Below are positions 1 to 8,297 of a stretch of 32,000 nucleotides of DNA, piece after piece (the first letter of the stretch is position 1; each line of letters begins with the position of its first letter). The position numbers were made by a program, and so were the translations under genes. The stretch is taken from positions 780,001 to 812,000 of the forward strand of contig CP064962.1 of the NCBI GenBank assembly GCA_016699145.1, given 5' to 3'. Below the pieces are notes generated by a model. The model was given only the letters and a program-made list of their open reading frames with translations. It searched no databases and was not told the DNA's origin. This DNA comes from Candidatus Saccharimonadota bacterium. GTDB lineage: Bacteria > Patescibacteriota > Gracilibacteria > UBA1369 > 2-02-FULL-48-14.

Positions 1-300
1 AACGGCATCAGTGGTGTATTGGACGCTCGTAGCAGAGCCTTCTTAAGTGCTTACGGCAGCAAACGCTTTGTGGTTTACACAGAAGATCTTATGCTCGTTG
101 AAGGATACAACTTGCTCACGGTGCATGTGGATGCCAAAAATGAAGGAGAGGATGACAACGGCTACGTCGTTGAAGGAAATGAAGAAGACAACTACGACCA
201 CCTTTGTCTGCTCGCAGAAAGCGATGGAGAAGGAAGCATGTCCTACGAAGAAGCAAGTTTAAACACTTGTAGAACCGAGCTGGGTCTCTTGAGTCTCTAA
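1..300 (+). CDS. 3' end of a hypothetical acidic protein (5' end lies outside the window)
   Basis: Frame 1 is open from base 1. The acidic tail (EGEDDNGYVVEGNEEDNYD) ends at TAA 298-300 and is followed by a hairpin plus T-run. No family recognised. Confidence 0.4.
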   Translation, partial: NGISGVLDARSRAFLSAYGSKRFVVYTEDLMLVEGYNLLTVHVDAKNEGEDDNGYVVEGNEEDNYDHLCLLAESDGEGSMSYEEASLNTCRTELGLLSL

Positions 301-319
301 TCTGAATCCACAAAAGAAA

Positions 320-362
320 GGGTGAGGTGAATCCATTTAAGGGTCCATCTCACCTTTTTTTT
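320..362 (+). terminator. Possible intrinsic terminator
   Basis: GGTGAG (321-326) pairs with CTCACC (349-354), followed directly by T8 (355-362). The loop is long (22 nt), so this is only moderately convincing. Confidence 0.45.
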
Positions 363-385
363 CATAGGATCCGCAGGAATTGCTC

Positions 386-405
386 ATCTTTGCGCGCGCA
401 AAGAT
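386..405. repeat. Perfect 20-bp palindrome ATCTTTGCGC/GCGCAAAGAT
   Basis: Read directly from the sequence: atctttgcgcgcgcaaagat equals its own reverse complement. It is intergenic, ~90 bp left of the IS200 left end. Confidence 0.9.
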
Positions 406-495
406 TTAACGTCAATTTATGCCTTGGATAAGCCATTTCTACTTTAGCACTACCAAGTGCACAGACGCAGTGATTGACTATATTTTTGAATTTTC

Positions 496-1044
496 TCTAA
501 TCAACTGACGTAGTTCCCCGGGCGTAAGCCCGAGGGATGTAGTGGGTGCCCGCATCTTCGTGGTGGTGTAAAGTGGAGGCATGAAGAAGCTACGAAAAAG
601 CTCACACGCAGTTTTCATCTGTGACTATCACTTAGTTTGGCCGACCAAATACCGTCGGAAGATATTCAACGAAGGTGTGTTGGCTTTTCTGCAGGAAGTG
701 ATGAAGGATATTCCGAAGTACTATCCGGAACTGGTGGTGAAAGAGGTAAACACGGATTTAGACCATGTACATATTTTAATTTCCATACCTCCACAAATAG
801 CAGTGGGAGAGGTGGTGAGAATAATAAAAGCCAACACAGCTCGTGAGTTGAACATAAAGTTTCCGTTTCTTAGAAAAGTGTACTGGGGACGAGAAGTATT
901 TGGTCGGCAGGTTACTTTGCCTCCACAGTTGGGATTAACGAGGAGGTCATTCGAAAGTATATCCAACAACAGGGCGAAGAAGATGCGGGCCAAGCGCAGC
1001 TTGAACTAGGCTGAAACCCCGAGCGTAAGCTCGGGGAGGTTCAT
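496..1044 (+). mobile_element. IS200/IS605-family element, IS200 group (tnpA only), copy 1
   Basis: 496-1044 equals the reverse complement of 18684-19233 except for one G (G4 at 885-888 versus C5 at 18840-18844). It encodes an HUH/Y1 TnpA. Left subterminal hairpin at 516-536 (CCCCGGGC-GTAA-GCCCG[A]GGG, bulged A). Right hairpin at 1017-1036 (CCCCGAGC-GTAA-GCTCGGGG). No tnpB. Confidence 0.85.
581..1014 (+). pseudogene. tnpA: IS200-type transposase TnpA, frameshifted
   Basis: The first 102 aa are identical to the intact copy (MKKLRKSSHAVFICDYHLVWPTKYRRK... DHVHILISIPP = HUH motif). After YWG the frame changes because of a 1-nt shorter G run. The annotated ORF ends at 1009, whereas the intact-copy stop corresponds to TGA 1012-1014. 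Confidence 0.8.
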
Positions 1045-1077
1045 TCCCTACAATGGGGAATTACGATCCGCTTGGAC

Positions 1078-1106
1078 TTGACACAAATCATATTTTAGCG
1101 CATAGT
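1078..1106 (+). promoter_or_regulatory. Sigma70-like promoter candidate for the FHA gene
   Basis: TTGACA (1078-1083), 17-nt spacer, CATAGT (1101-1106), about 20 nt upstream of the TTG/ATG starts at 1126/1132. Confidence 0.4.
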
Positions 1107-1125
1107 TTAAACCTATTTTATCAAG

Positions 1126-1563
1126 TTGAAAATGAAACCCGCAAAAGGCGGAACGATTACAGAAGTAACCAATGAGAGGGTTTTAACAAGAGGAGGCGAA
1201 TGCATAGTTCCCCCTACGGTAGAAAAAGTCATACTCTCTATAAGGTCAAGTTTGCGATTTCCAAGGGAACCAGGGGATCAAGAAGACCGTACCGTACCTA
1301 AGGAAGTACCCTTGGGCCATGTGATTCGCAGAGAAGGGGTATGGGTATGGGTTTCACCTCTAAATAGTGAACGAAACATTAGCAGCACACTCACCCCTTT
1401 GGGGCGTCCAAACGTAGATTCAGGGGGCCTACCTTTCAACGACACTGCAATGGCGGCTTCCGAAAAACACTTCAGCCTCCAAGCCTTTGAAGATGGAAGT
1501 TTACGAGTGACAGACCTAGGAAGTACAAATGGTACAGTAGCAAAGTGGGTCACCCTCACTTAA
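1126..1563 (+). CDS. Small FHA-domain protein
   Basis: The C-terminal half reads LGRPNVD...ASEKHFSLQAFEDGSLRVTDLGSTNGTV. This carries the FHA signature residues (GR, SxxH, DLGSTNGT). The N-terminal half is unrecognisable and the start is uncertain (TTG 1126 or ATG 1132). Confidence 0.55.
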   Translation: MKMKPAKGGTITEVTNERVLTRGGECIVPPTVEKVILSIRSSLRFPREPGDQEDRTVPKEVPLGHVIRREGVWVWVSPLNSERNISSTLTPLGRPNVDSGGLPFNDTAMAASEKHFSLQAFEDGSLRVTDLGSTNGTVAKWVTLT

Positions 1564-2008
1564 GCACCTTCCCATTTAAATACACCGCCACCTCTTTTTG
1601 AGTTTGCAGACGGAAAGGCGCTCCTTCCACCACTACCGTTTGGTCCAAATCTCCGTGCTCGCGACTTTGATTGGCCGCTTCGGTGAAGAGTTTGAGCTTG
1701 GCCTCTGCCATTGCTTCTTTAGCCATTTGCACGCGTTCGCGATATTCGTTGTACTCCACACTGTCTTCTATGATTTTTTTAAGATGTTCCTCCTTACGTT
1801 CCTTCACTTGTTTTTTCAAATCTTTGAGGCTCAAAAGAAGATCCTCCAGTTCCATCGGAATGTCATCCTCAATGTCCTTCATGAGACTCTTGAGCTCTTT
1901 GAGCTCGGCGAGTTTTTCGTTAAGAATCGCGATTTGTTCCTGAAAAGTTGCTGATGCTGCCATAAAAATGATTAAAAGCCCGCTGAGCTTAGCAAAAAAT
2001 TCTAACAT
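1556..2008 (-). CDS. Hypothetical coiled-coil protein
   Basis: 150-aa ORF with a hydrophobic N-terminus (LSGLLIIFMAASA) followed by K/E-rich heptad-like sequence. It converges on the FHA gene with an 8-nt overlap. Confidence 0.5.
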   Translation of the reverse strand: MLEFFAKLSGLLIIFMAASATFQEQIAILNEKLAELKELKSLMKDIEDDIPMELEDLLLSLKDLKKQVKERKEEHLKKIIEDSVEYNEYRERVQMAKEAMAEAKLKLFTEAANQSREHGDLDQTVVVEGAPFRLQTQKEVAVYLNGKVLK

Positions 2009-2053
2009 TTCCAGGCCCAGTTATGTATACTCACATTGACTTAATCAAAAACC

Positions 2054-3805
2054 ATGAAAAAACACTTTCTTGCCGGGCTGGCCCTGCTGAGTCTCGCAGC
2101 CTGCAACACCCCCGCGCCCGTCACTGAACCCCAAAGTTCCAACGAAAACGAAGTCATCGAAACCCAAGAAAATGAAAACCGCTACTCCCAAACCATCGAC
2201 TTTTTGGAAGTGGCCGAAACGCTTTCCGTGCCTGAAATGGTGGAAGGAAACCGTGCCTATTATGAAAACGCGGCCCCCGACCATTGGACAGAAGGAGCGG
2301 GCAGTTACCCCGAGCATATGAAGCTCTACCTCCACGCATGGAAGACCGGAACCTTTAGAGAAGAAACACCCTACGCCGGCCAAAGCCTCGTGCTCGTGCA
2401 ACAAGACTGTGAAGGGCCTTGCAGTGGCGTCTTCTTCCGTTATGCCGTAGACGAGGCATCGGACACCTGGACATTGCTCGTCCCCTACTCCACAGAAGTG
2501 GGGGGTACTTGGTGGTTGGGAGGCCCAACGGACTTCAGTGATAAAACAATCCGCATCCCTGAACTTGAAGTGCCCAAACAGCTTGAAGCCTACGAAAAGG
2601 ACAGTGTAGTGCTCCTGGATGCCCACGCTCGTCTAAGTGCGGACCGCTTCCCGGAAGACTCCACCATCCCCAGCCTGGAAGGCCTGGAAAAGCTCAGCTA
2701 TTTTAAAGATACGAGTTTTCAGACTTACTATAAGTCTGCAGGATGCATTTATGGGATGGCCCCCGACGGCGTCCTTGCGCGCTACTCTTTAATGCCCGAT
2801 GATTTTGTGGGTTACGACAAGGAAGGCAATTACGATCCTGGCTCCATCCTGGCTCAAGAACTGACTTTCACAGATACAAAGGGTGCATCACAGGATAAAT
2901 CCTTCTCTCTTTCTGCCGGAGGCTGCGGGCTACTTTCTGCCTGTCTTTTAACTTTTGAATTGACAGCCGATGAAGAGGCGCGTTTGCAAGAAGTGGGAAC
3001 CTTGAATGGGCGGCCCGTGTACTTGCCAACCTCTGTGGGACCGCGCCCCGAGCTCAGCAACAATCCTAGCTTGGATTGGCGTCTCTATGCCACTTTCGAC
3101 AACTATCTCATGGCCCAGGCCTACGATCTCGAAAACCCTAGCGAAATGGAAGCCACCATTGAAGACTATCTTGCCGGCAACGACAGCTTCCTCCTCAAAT
3201 TGGACAATGGCGAATACGTGCTCGTGAACAACTCGCAGTACGCCCCCGCAGCCGAATGCGGCAAACCCGTCATTTATCTTTACCCTCAAAAGGACACCCT
3301 TGTGAACGTGCAAGTGGGCATTGATGAATTCACCAAAACCATTCCTACTTACGGTAAAAAAGGTTGGACCGTGCTTGCTCGCCCAAACGGACTCCTCACC
3401 AACCTGGCAGACCGCTTGAACTATCCCTACCTCTTCTGGGAAGGAAATTCTTCTGAGACGATAGACGCTGGCACCACCTGGACCCTCGCGAAAAACGACG
3501 TGGCCACCCGCCTCCCCCAAGCCCTCAAAAATATGGGCCTGAATGAGCAAGAAACGGCGGACTTCATGGAATTTTGGCAGCCTCTACTCGAAGCAGAGGA
3601 GCAGCCGTACATTGAATTCGCCTTCGTGGGCAACGCTGCCATGGACCAAATCGCTCCGCTCACTGTGACGCCGGCTCCAGACCAAGTGATACGCCTCTTC
3701 ATGTACTACCGCGGCGCTGAAGCAGCCGGACTCGACATGCCCGTCTATAAGCCCGCAGCTCGTTATGGATTCACCGTCGTCGAATGGGGAGGAAGCTTGT
3801 ACTAA
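2054..3805 (+). CDS. Hypothetical lipoprotein (583 aa)
   Basis: MKKHFLAGLALLSLAAC has a canonical lipobox (LAAC). The ORF is long and uninterrupted. No domain recognised with confidence. Confidence 0.75.
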   Translation: MKKHFLAGLALLSLAACNTPAPVTEPQSSNENEVIETQENENRYSQTIDFLEVAETLSVPEMVEGNRAYYENAAPDHWTEGAGSYPEHMKLYLHAWKTGTFREETPYAGQSLVLVQQDCEGPCSGVFFRYAVDEASDTWTLLVPYSTEVGGTWWLGGPTDFSDKTIRIPELEVPKQLEAYEKDSVVLLDAHARLSADRFPEDSTIPSLEGLEKLSYFKDTSFQTYYKSAGCIYGMAPDGVLARYSLMPDDFVGYDKEGNYDPGSILAQELTFTDTKGASQDKSFSLSAGGCGLLSACLLTFELTADEEARLQEVGTLNGRPVYLPTSVGPRPELSNNPSLDWRLYATFDNYLMAQAYDLENPSEMEATIEDYLAGNDSFLLKLDNGEYVLVNNSQYAPAAECGKPVIYLYPQKDTLVNVQVGIDEFTKTIPTYGKKGWTVLARPNGLLTNLADRLNYPYLFWEGNSSETIDAGTTWTLAKNDVATRLPQALKNMGLNEQETADFMEFWQPLLEAEEQPYIEFAFVGNAAMDQIAPLTVTPAPDQVIRLFMYYRGAEAAGLDMPVYKPAARYGFTVVEWGGSLY

Positions 3806-4722
3806 TCCTACTCACGGCGCTGATTTGCGCTTGCACAGGGCCCTCCCTTTCTAAGGAGGGCTCTTCGCCCAAGGTGGACCTTTTCCCTGGATGCGGCAAT
3901 CCCCCTGAACTTGGCAACGGCATCGTTTTGCTGCCCCACCACCTGCTGGTGAAGGACTACATTGAAGCGATGTACAACTCGCTGGCCAAGCAAGACTGGA
4001 AGCACCTCGTCATTGTCAGTCCAGACCATTTTGGCTACGGAGCCACGTCGATCTCCACTCCCGATGAACGAGAACACGGTTTTACTGTCCATCGTGACTA
4101 CGCCGCCGAGTATTTCCCAGACGCGACTGTGGAAGGCTTTAGAGTTCAAACCGCCACCTCCGAAGCTGAAATCCTGGCTTTTGTTGAACAGTTGCAAACC
4201 ATCGAAACCGCCCACGTGCCCGATTCGACGCTCTTTATTTTTAGCATCGATTTTTCACATTATTTGCCCGGCGGCATCGCCCATGTGCACGACCTTTACT
4301 CCATGGATGTGCTGAGAGCCCGTGTCATCGACGATGCCCGTAAGCTCGAAGTGGACAGCCCCGTCGCCGCCGAAATTCTGCTGCGTTTCTTGGTGGCCAA
4401 AAATGCGGTGCTGACCAACATGATGAACACGAACCCCTCCTACGACATCGGCGTGGACACTTTTGAAAACACCACTCACGTTTTTGCTTGCTCACGCAGC
4501 CTCGCTTCACTTGGCCTGAACGAAGCACACACCCGCGACCTCACCGTAGACATGTTTTTTGCCCACCCGCGCGACTGGTACCTGGGCCGTACCGCTGAAG
4601 ACCGCTACCTCTATGGCACCGACTCCACGACTTTTGACCAGGATGGCGCGACAGACCGCGCCGTGATCACCAACCGCAGGGAGGGCACCACAACAGAGTT
4701 CACCTTCGATTATTTTGAATGA
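3784..4722 (+). CDS. Memo-like (LigB-superfamily, AmmeMemoRadiSam-B-like) protein with a signal/lipoprotein-type N-terminus
   Basis: The N-terminus MGRKLVLILLTALICAC is signal/lipobox-like. The motif order LLPHH, VIVSPDHFG, EREHGF, FSIDFSHYL matches the Memo family pattern (PHAGY, GPSHH, DEHSIE, SSDxxHW/Y) as I recall it. Overlaps the upstream gene by 22 nt. Confidence 0.55.
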   Translation: MGRKLVLILLTALICACTGPSLSKEGSSPKVDLFPGCGNPPELGNGIVLLPHHLLVKDYIEAMYNSLAKQDWKHLVIVSPDHFGYGATSISTPDEREHGFTVHRDYAAEYFPDATVEGFRVQTATSEAEILAFVEQLQTIETAHVPDSTLFIFSIDFSHYLPGGIAHVHDLYSMDVLRARVIDDARKLEVDSPVAAEILLRFLVAKNAVLTNMMNTNPSYDIGVDTFENTTHVFACSRSLASLGLNEAHTRDLTVDMFFAHPRDWYLGRTAEDRYLYGTDSTTFDQDGATDRAVITNRREGTTTEFTFDYFE

Positions 4723-4928
4723 CTGAGGTCGGCGGTCCTCGGGAGGTCCAGAAAAGCAAAAAACTCTTGTCACAGTTTTGCCATCTGCAAAAACTGCAAG
4801 AACTTAAAAGAGTTCATTCACGAAAAACACGCTCATCCACGGTTCCCAAACTTTCAAGTGGAAAACCGTGAACACGAATGGCTTGGCACGTGCATGGCAT
4901 GTAAAATAAAAACACATAAAATAAAAGC

Positions 4929-5420
4929 ATGAGCATCGTCACCAAAACCGGAGACCAGGGGCAGACCAGCCTCTACAGCGGCGAACGCGTAACCAAGTCC
5001 CATCCACGCATAGAAGCCGTGGGCACCTTGGATTAACTCAACGCCCAGCTCGCGGGTTTGGGGCTCGAGCACATTCAATGCGCACTATTCACACTCGGGG
5101 CCGCCCTTGCCAATCTCAAAAAAACACAAGGCGACGCTTTTTTAATGGATGAACTTCAAGCGCTCGAAAAAGAACTTTACGCCATAGAAGCGACTCTTCC
5201 CTCGCTGCAGAATTTCATTCTTCCCGGTGGGCACCCCGATGCCATTCGCCTCCACCAGGCCCGCACCGTTTGTCGCCGCGCCGAACGGCTCCTCACCCTG
5301 TTGGACCCTCTACCCAAAAACGCTGTGCCCTACGTAAACCGGCTTTCGGATTATCTGTTCACAAGAGCGAGGCACATCAATTTTAAAGAAGGCATTTCGG
5401 AAGTGCTTTGGAAGTGCTAA
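4929..5420 (+). pseudogene. PduO-type ATP:cob(I)alamin adenosyltransferase interrupted by an in-frame TAA
   Basis: ATG 4929 translates [35 protein letters not shown], then TAA (5034-5036), then LNAQL... in the same frame as ORF 5058-5420 (FILPGGHPDA, RTVCRRAER, VNRLSDYLF). The family consensus is GT(L/V)DELN, so the stop replaces a Glu codon (GAA to TAA). Confidence 0.75.
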
Positions 5421-5447
5421 GCTTAAGAATCCTTTAACCCAGTTTCT

Positions 5448-5765
5448 ATGCGAGTCCAAAAACGCATCAAAAATTTAACGGAGCCTGAAAAGGCACAATT
5501 CGAAACCTATCTCGAAAAAAAACTGGAAAACTTAAGGCCCCTTTTGGATGCTCACCATCCCGATGAAGATGAAGTGATTGTGCACGCCAACATGCAAAAA
5601 CACGACAAGCACACGGCTTTTGAATTTGAATACGTGTTCGAATTGCCTCGTGCACGGCTCAATGCCAGTGAGGTCAAACACAGCATCACCGAAAGCGTGG
5701 ATTTTGCGACCGAAAAACTGGAACAACAGTTGATCAAACACTTTAAAAAATTGGCCCGCGAATGA
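5448..5765 (+). CDS. hpf: Ribosome hibernation promoting factor / RaiA family (short form)
   Basis: The 105-aa size and the C-terminal HSITESVDFATEKLEQQLIKHFKK resemble the HPF/YfiA pattern (AID...KLerQl.K). The stop overlaps the next start (ATGA). Confidence 0.65.
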   Translation: MRVQKRIKNLTEPEKAQFETYLEKKLENLRPLLDAHHPDEDEVIVHANMQKHDKHTAFEFEYVFELPRARLNASEVKHSITESVDFATEKLEQQLIKHFKKLARE

Positions 5766-6907
5766 CGGTAAAAATGCCTATTTATTTGGACTATGCTGCG
5801 GCCACCCCCTTGGATCCGAGGGTATTGAAGGTCATGCAACCCTATTTTAAGGAAGAATTTGGAAACCCTTCCTCCATTCATCAATTTGGACAAGGCGCGC
5901 GCCGTGCCATCGACGACGCGCGCCTCAAATGCGTGCAACTGCTGGGCGCCTTTTCTGTGCACGAAATCCTTTTCACTGGCAGCGGAACAGAATCTTGCAA
6001 TGCCGCCCTTTTCGGCGCCGCCTTTGCAAGGCAAAAATCCAAAAACCGGCCTGGCCACCTTATTGTCTCTGCCATCGAGCACCCGGCTGTACTCGAATCC
6101 GCTCGCTTCCTTCATGACAATTTCGGTTTTGAACTGAGCGAAGTGCCTCCCGATGCCGAAGGTCTCATCCACCCCAAAGCCATTGAAGCCGCTCTTCGCC
6201 CAGATACGATTCTCATCAGTGTCATGCTGGTGAACAATGAAGTCGGCACGCTTCAGCCTGTGAGGAAAATCGCCAAACTCGCGCGCGAACGGGGCATCCT
6301 CATGCACACGGATGCGTGTCAGGCACCCGGCTTCACAGACATCAATGTGGATCATTTGGGCGTGGACTTGCTTTCTCTCAATGGATCCAAAATCTACGGC
6401 CCCAAAGGAATTGGACTTTTATACGTGCGAGAAGGAGTAAAAATAATGCCCCTCATCCACGGCGGAGGTCAGGAATTTCGCATGCGAGGAGGAACCGAAA
6501 ACACAGCTTTGATTGTAGGCTTCGCTAAAGCTTTGGAGCTGGTTTTAAAAGACAGCAAAAAGGAAGCAGCTCGTCTAGGGAAACTCCGCGATACACTTCA
6601 AAAAGCACTGCTCAAAATCCCCGGAGTGAAAGTGAATGGATCGCTGGAACGTCGTATTCAAAACAGCCTCAACGTACAGGTGTCCGGAGTGACGGGTGAA
6701 ACCCTTGTGATGCGCCTGGACCTCGAAGGCCTCGCCGCCTCCAGCGGCTCGGCCTGTTCCTCTGGCAAAACCGAAGCATCGCACGTGCTGCTGGCCATGG
6801 GCCAAGACAAACAAAGCGCCCTCGCGTCCCTTCGCCTGACGCTCGGGCGCTTCACCACTCCTTCTGAAATCAAAAAAGCGACCGCAATCCTTAAAAAAGT
6901 GATATAG
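5762..6907 (+). CDS. nifS: Cysteine desulfurase, NifS/IscS class-V aminotransferase
   Basis: IYLDYAATTPLDPRV. PLP-lysine region SLNGSKIYGPKGIGLLYV. Active-site loop ASSGSACSSG. An alternative start is ATG 5774. Confidence 0.9.
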   Translation: MTVKMPIYLDYAAATPLDPRVLKVMQPYFKEEFGNPSSIHQFGQGARRAIDDARLKCVQLLGAFSVHEILFTGSGTESCNAALFGAAFARQKSKNRPGHLIVSAIEHPAVLESARFLHDNFGFELSEVPPDAEGLIHPKAIEAALRPDTILISVMLVNNEVGTLQPVRKIAKLARERGILMHTDACQAPGFTDINVDHLGVDLLSLNGSKIYGPKGIGLLYVREGVKIMPLIHGGGQEFRMRGGTENTALIVGFAKALELVLKDSKKEAARLGKLRDTLQKALLKIPGVKVNGSLERRIQNSLNVQVSGVTGETLVMRLDLEGLAASSGSACSSGKTEASHVLLAMGQDKQSALASLRLTLGRFTTPSEIKKATAILKKVI

Positions 6908-7640
6908 GTCCATGAATGGCCGCAAGCAATTGTCCCGAATTTAACTTTCGTTTAGAATCGTAGCCCCGCAAAGTCACATGAGGTTCATCAACAGAAGAAT
7001 GGAAAGCACCTCCGACGTACCAAGCCCCCCCATCGTGCAGAAAGAACCCTTCCTCGTTTAGAATAGTGATGGCCTGCGCAGATGAACCATTAGGTTGCAC
7101 ATTCGGGGGAAGAGTGTAGAGCTTCGTTGCCAGACGGGTTGCCCAGGTCCACAGATCTGTGCCCCTCATATCAATGGGTAAACTACGTAAAAATTCCGTG
7201 CACCGAGTTTGCAAGTCCAACTCGGGCTTATCCCCGCTTTGTGGGCTTCTTTGATATAAATCCCAATACCATGTGGGGGTAGGGACGCCAGGCTTGCCAT
7301 TTATGAGTCGGTTTTTAACATTAAGATCGATACTCAAAAAAGGGTCTTCGCTCTGCCTTTTTGCTCCACCTACACCCAACAAGGCCTTTAAAAGATCTAT
7401 CCTGTCACGTGGCCACATCAGTTTAGTCTGATAATCGAAGTTTTCCGCCTCAATCATAAAACTCACCCGGTCCCTTGTGAGTGCTGCTTGAGCCGAACGA
7501 ATGGCGTGATCCTGTTTGGGCATGGGAGGCACGCCTTTTTTACCAAGGAGAACAGAGTTCACAGATTCTGAGAGTTGGAACCCCCTCAGAACTTGTGTTT
7601 CGACCCAATCTTTTTCAGACGAACTCAATCTCAATGTCAT
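6891..7640 (-). CDS. Hypothetical protein (249 aa), orphan
   Basis: Uninterrupted ORF in a visibly AT-richer stretch. A promoter-like module lies directly upstream (7662-7724). No family recognised. Its 3' end overlaps the nifS stop by 17 nt (convergent). Confidence 0.6.
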   Translation of the reverse strand: MTLRLSSSEKDWVETQVLRGFQLSESVNSVLLGKKGVPPMPKQDHAIRSAQAALTRDRVSFMIEAENFDYQTKLMWPRDRIDLLKALLGVGGAKRQSEDPFLSIDLNVKNRLINGKPGVPTPTWYWDLYQRSPQSGDKPELDLQTRCTEFLRSLPIDMRGTDLWTWATRLATKLYTLPPNVQPNGSSAQAITILNEEGFFLHDGGAWYVGGAFHSSVDEPHVTLRGYDSKRKLNSGQLLAAIHGPISLF

Positions 7641-7661
7641 AATGTATAGTACAAGTGCAGC

Positions 7662-7724
7662 TCAGCCCGTCCAGTGCCCGTATGCCCGAGTCGGATATAA
7701 TACAATACTAAACACAGGAGTCAA
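7662..7724 (-). promoter_or_regulatory. Promoter-leader module A: -35 TTGACT, -10 TATTAT, invariant 17-nt leader element
   Basis: On the minus strand: TTGACT (7724-7719), 16-nt spacer, TATTAT (7702-7697), then 18 nt, then GGCACTGGACGGGCTGA (7678-7662), then 21 nt to ATG 7640. A paralogous module lies at 9334-9396. Confidence 0.45.
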
Positions 7725-7855
7725 GGCTTCTTCCCGTAAAAGGGTCTTTTGCGCTTTATCTTTGCACCATAATAATGAGATGGGAGTTTACCCCGAAACG
7801 CTGTTTCCGAAATGGCACTGGGCTACGAGCAGTCCATTAGTACCATAAAGTCCCA

Positions 7856-8272
7856 CTACTCTTGAGGGGCGCTTTTTGCCTCCTCTGCCGCCATGCGGAC
7901 GCGCATATACTCAGATGGAGGGGGTCGCTCTGCCTCTCTCTGCCTTTGTCTGGCAACGCGCTCAGCACGACTTAGAATAGCACTTTTTCTCTCACCGTGG
8001 AGATATTCAGCACTCTCTCGATCAGGTTCGCCCTCAAATATACCGGATAATATACCGCGCAGTGAAGCCTGAAACAAATCTGCCGTTCTCAGCACCCTTG
8101 CATCAACTCCGAATCCACTCAAAAGCTGAAGTAATTCATCTCTCTGACGGTCCAAAAGCGCCTCAACCTCCGCCTTCTTCCTCTCCATCTCCGCATTATT
8201 ATCAGGTGAAACTTTTTCACCATGACCTTGCTCCTCCGCAACGCCTGATTGTTCTTCATGAGTATCAGCCAT
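7856..8272 (-). CDS. Hypothetical charged/helical protein (138 aa), orphan
   Basis: Uninterrupted ORF rich in E, R and Q. The IS30 left end lies only 25 bp upstream of its ATG. No family recognised. Confidence 0.55.
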   Translation of the reverse strand: MADTHEEQSGVAEEQGHGEKVSPDNNAEMERKKAEVEALLDRQRDELLQLLSGFGVDARVLRTADLFQASLRGILSGIFEGEPDRESAEYLHGERKSAILSRAERVARQRQREAERPPPSEYMRVRMAAEEAKSAPQE

Positions 8273-8297
8273 AAGAAGAAAACCCTAGATTCTCATT

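Noticed and set aside
4723-4928. A cobalamin riboswitch upstream of the cobalamin adenosyltransferase gene.
   Set aside because: I could not find a B12-box-like core in the gap. The only similar-looking string (GAGACCAGGGGCAGACCAGCC) is inside the coding sequence and encodes the conserved TGDQGQTS.
5034-5036. The in-frame TAA in the adenosyltransferase gene as evidence for stop-codon reassignment.
   Set aside because: TAA closes several well-supported genes in the window, for example the ORFs ending at 300, 1563, 3805 and 5420, and rpmI. All other long ORFs are intact under the standard code.
4854-5078. A 74-aa minus-strand ORF across the adenosyltransferase 5' region.
   Set aside because: It is antisense to the clearly recognisable N-terminus [21 protein letters not shown] of the PduO-type gene.
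5552-6355. Long antisense ORFs: 267 aa here, and also 15412-16308, 2045-2626, 2948-3550, 10507-11040, 25564-26196 and 25961-26578.
   Set aside because: Each lies opposite a gene with clear family motifs (nifS, murF, lipoprotein, rny, dxr and the membrane protein). Their translations are low-complexity or R/G/H-rich shadow frames with no recognisable motifs.
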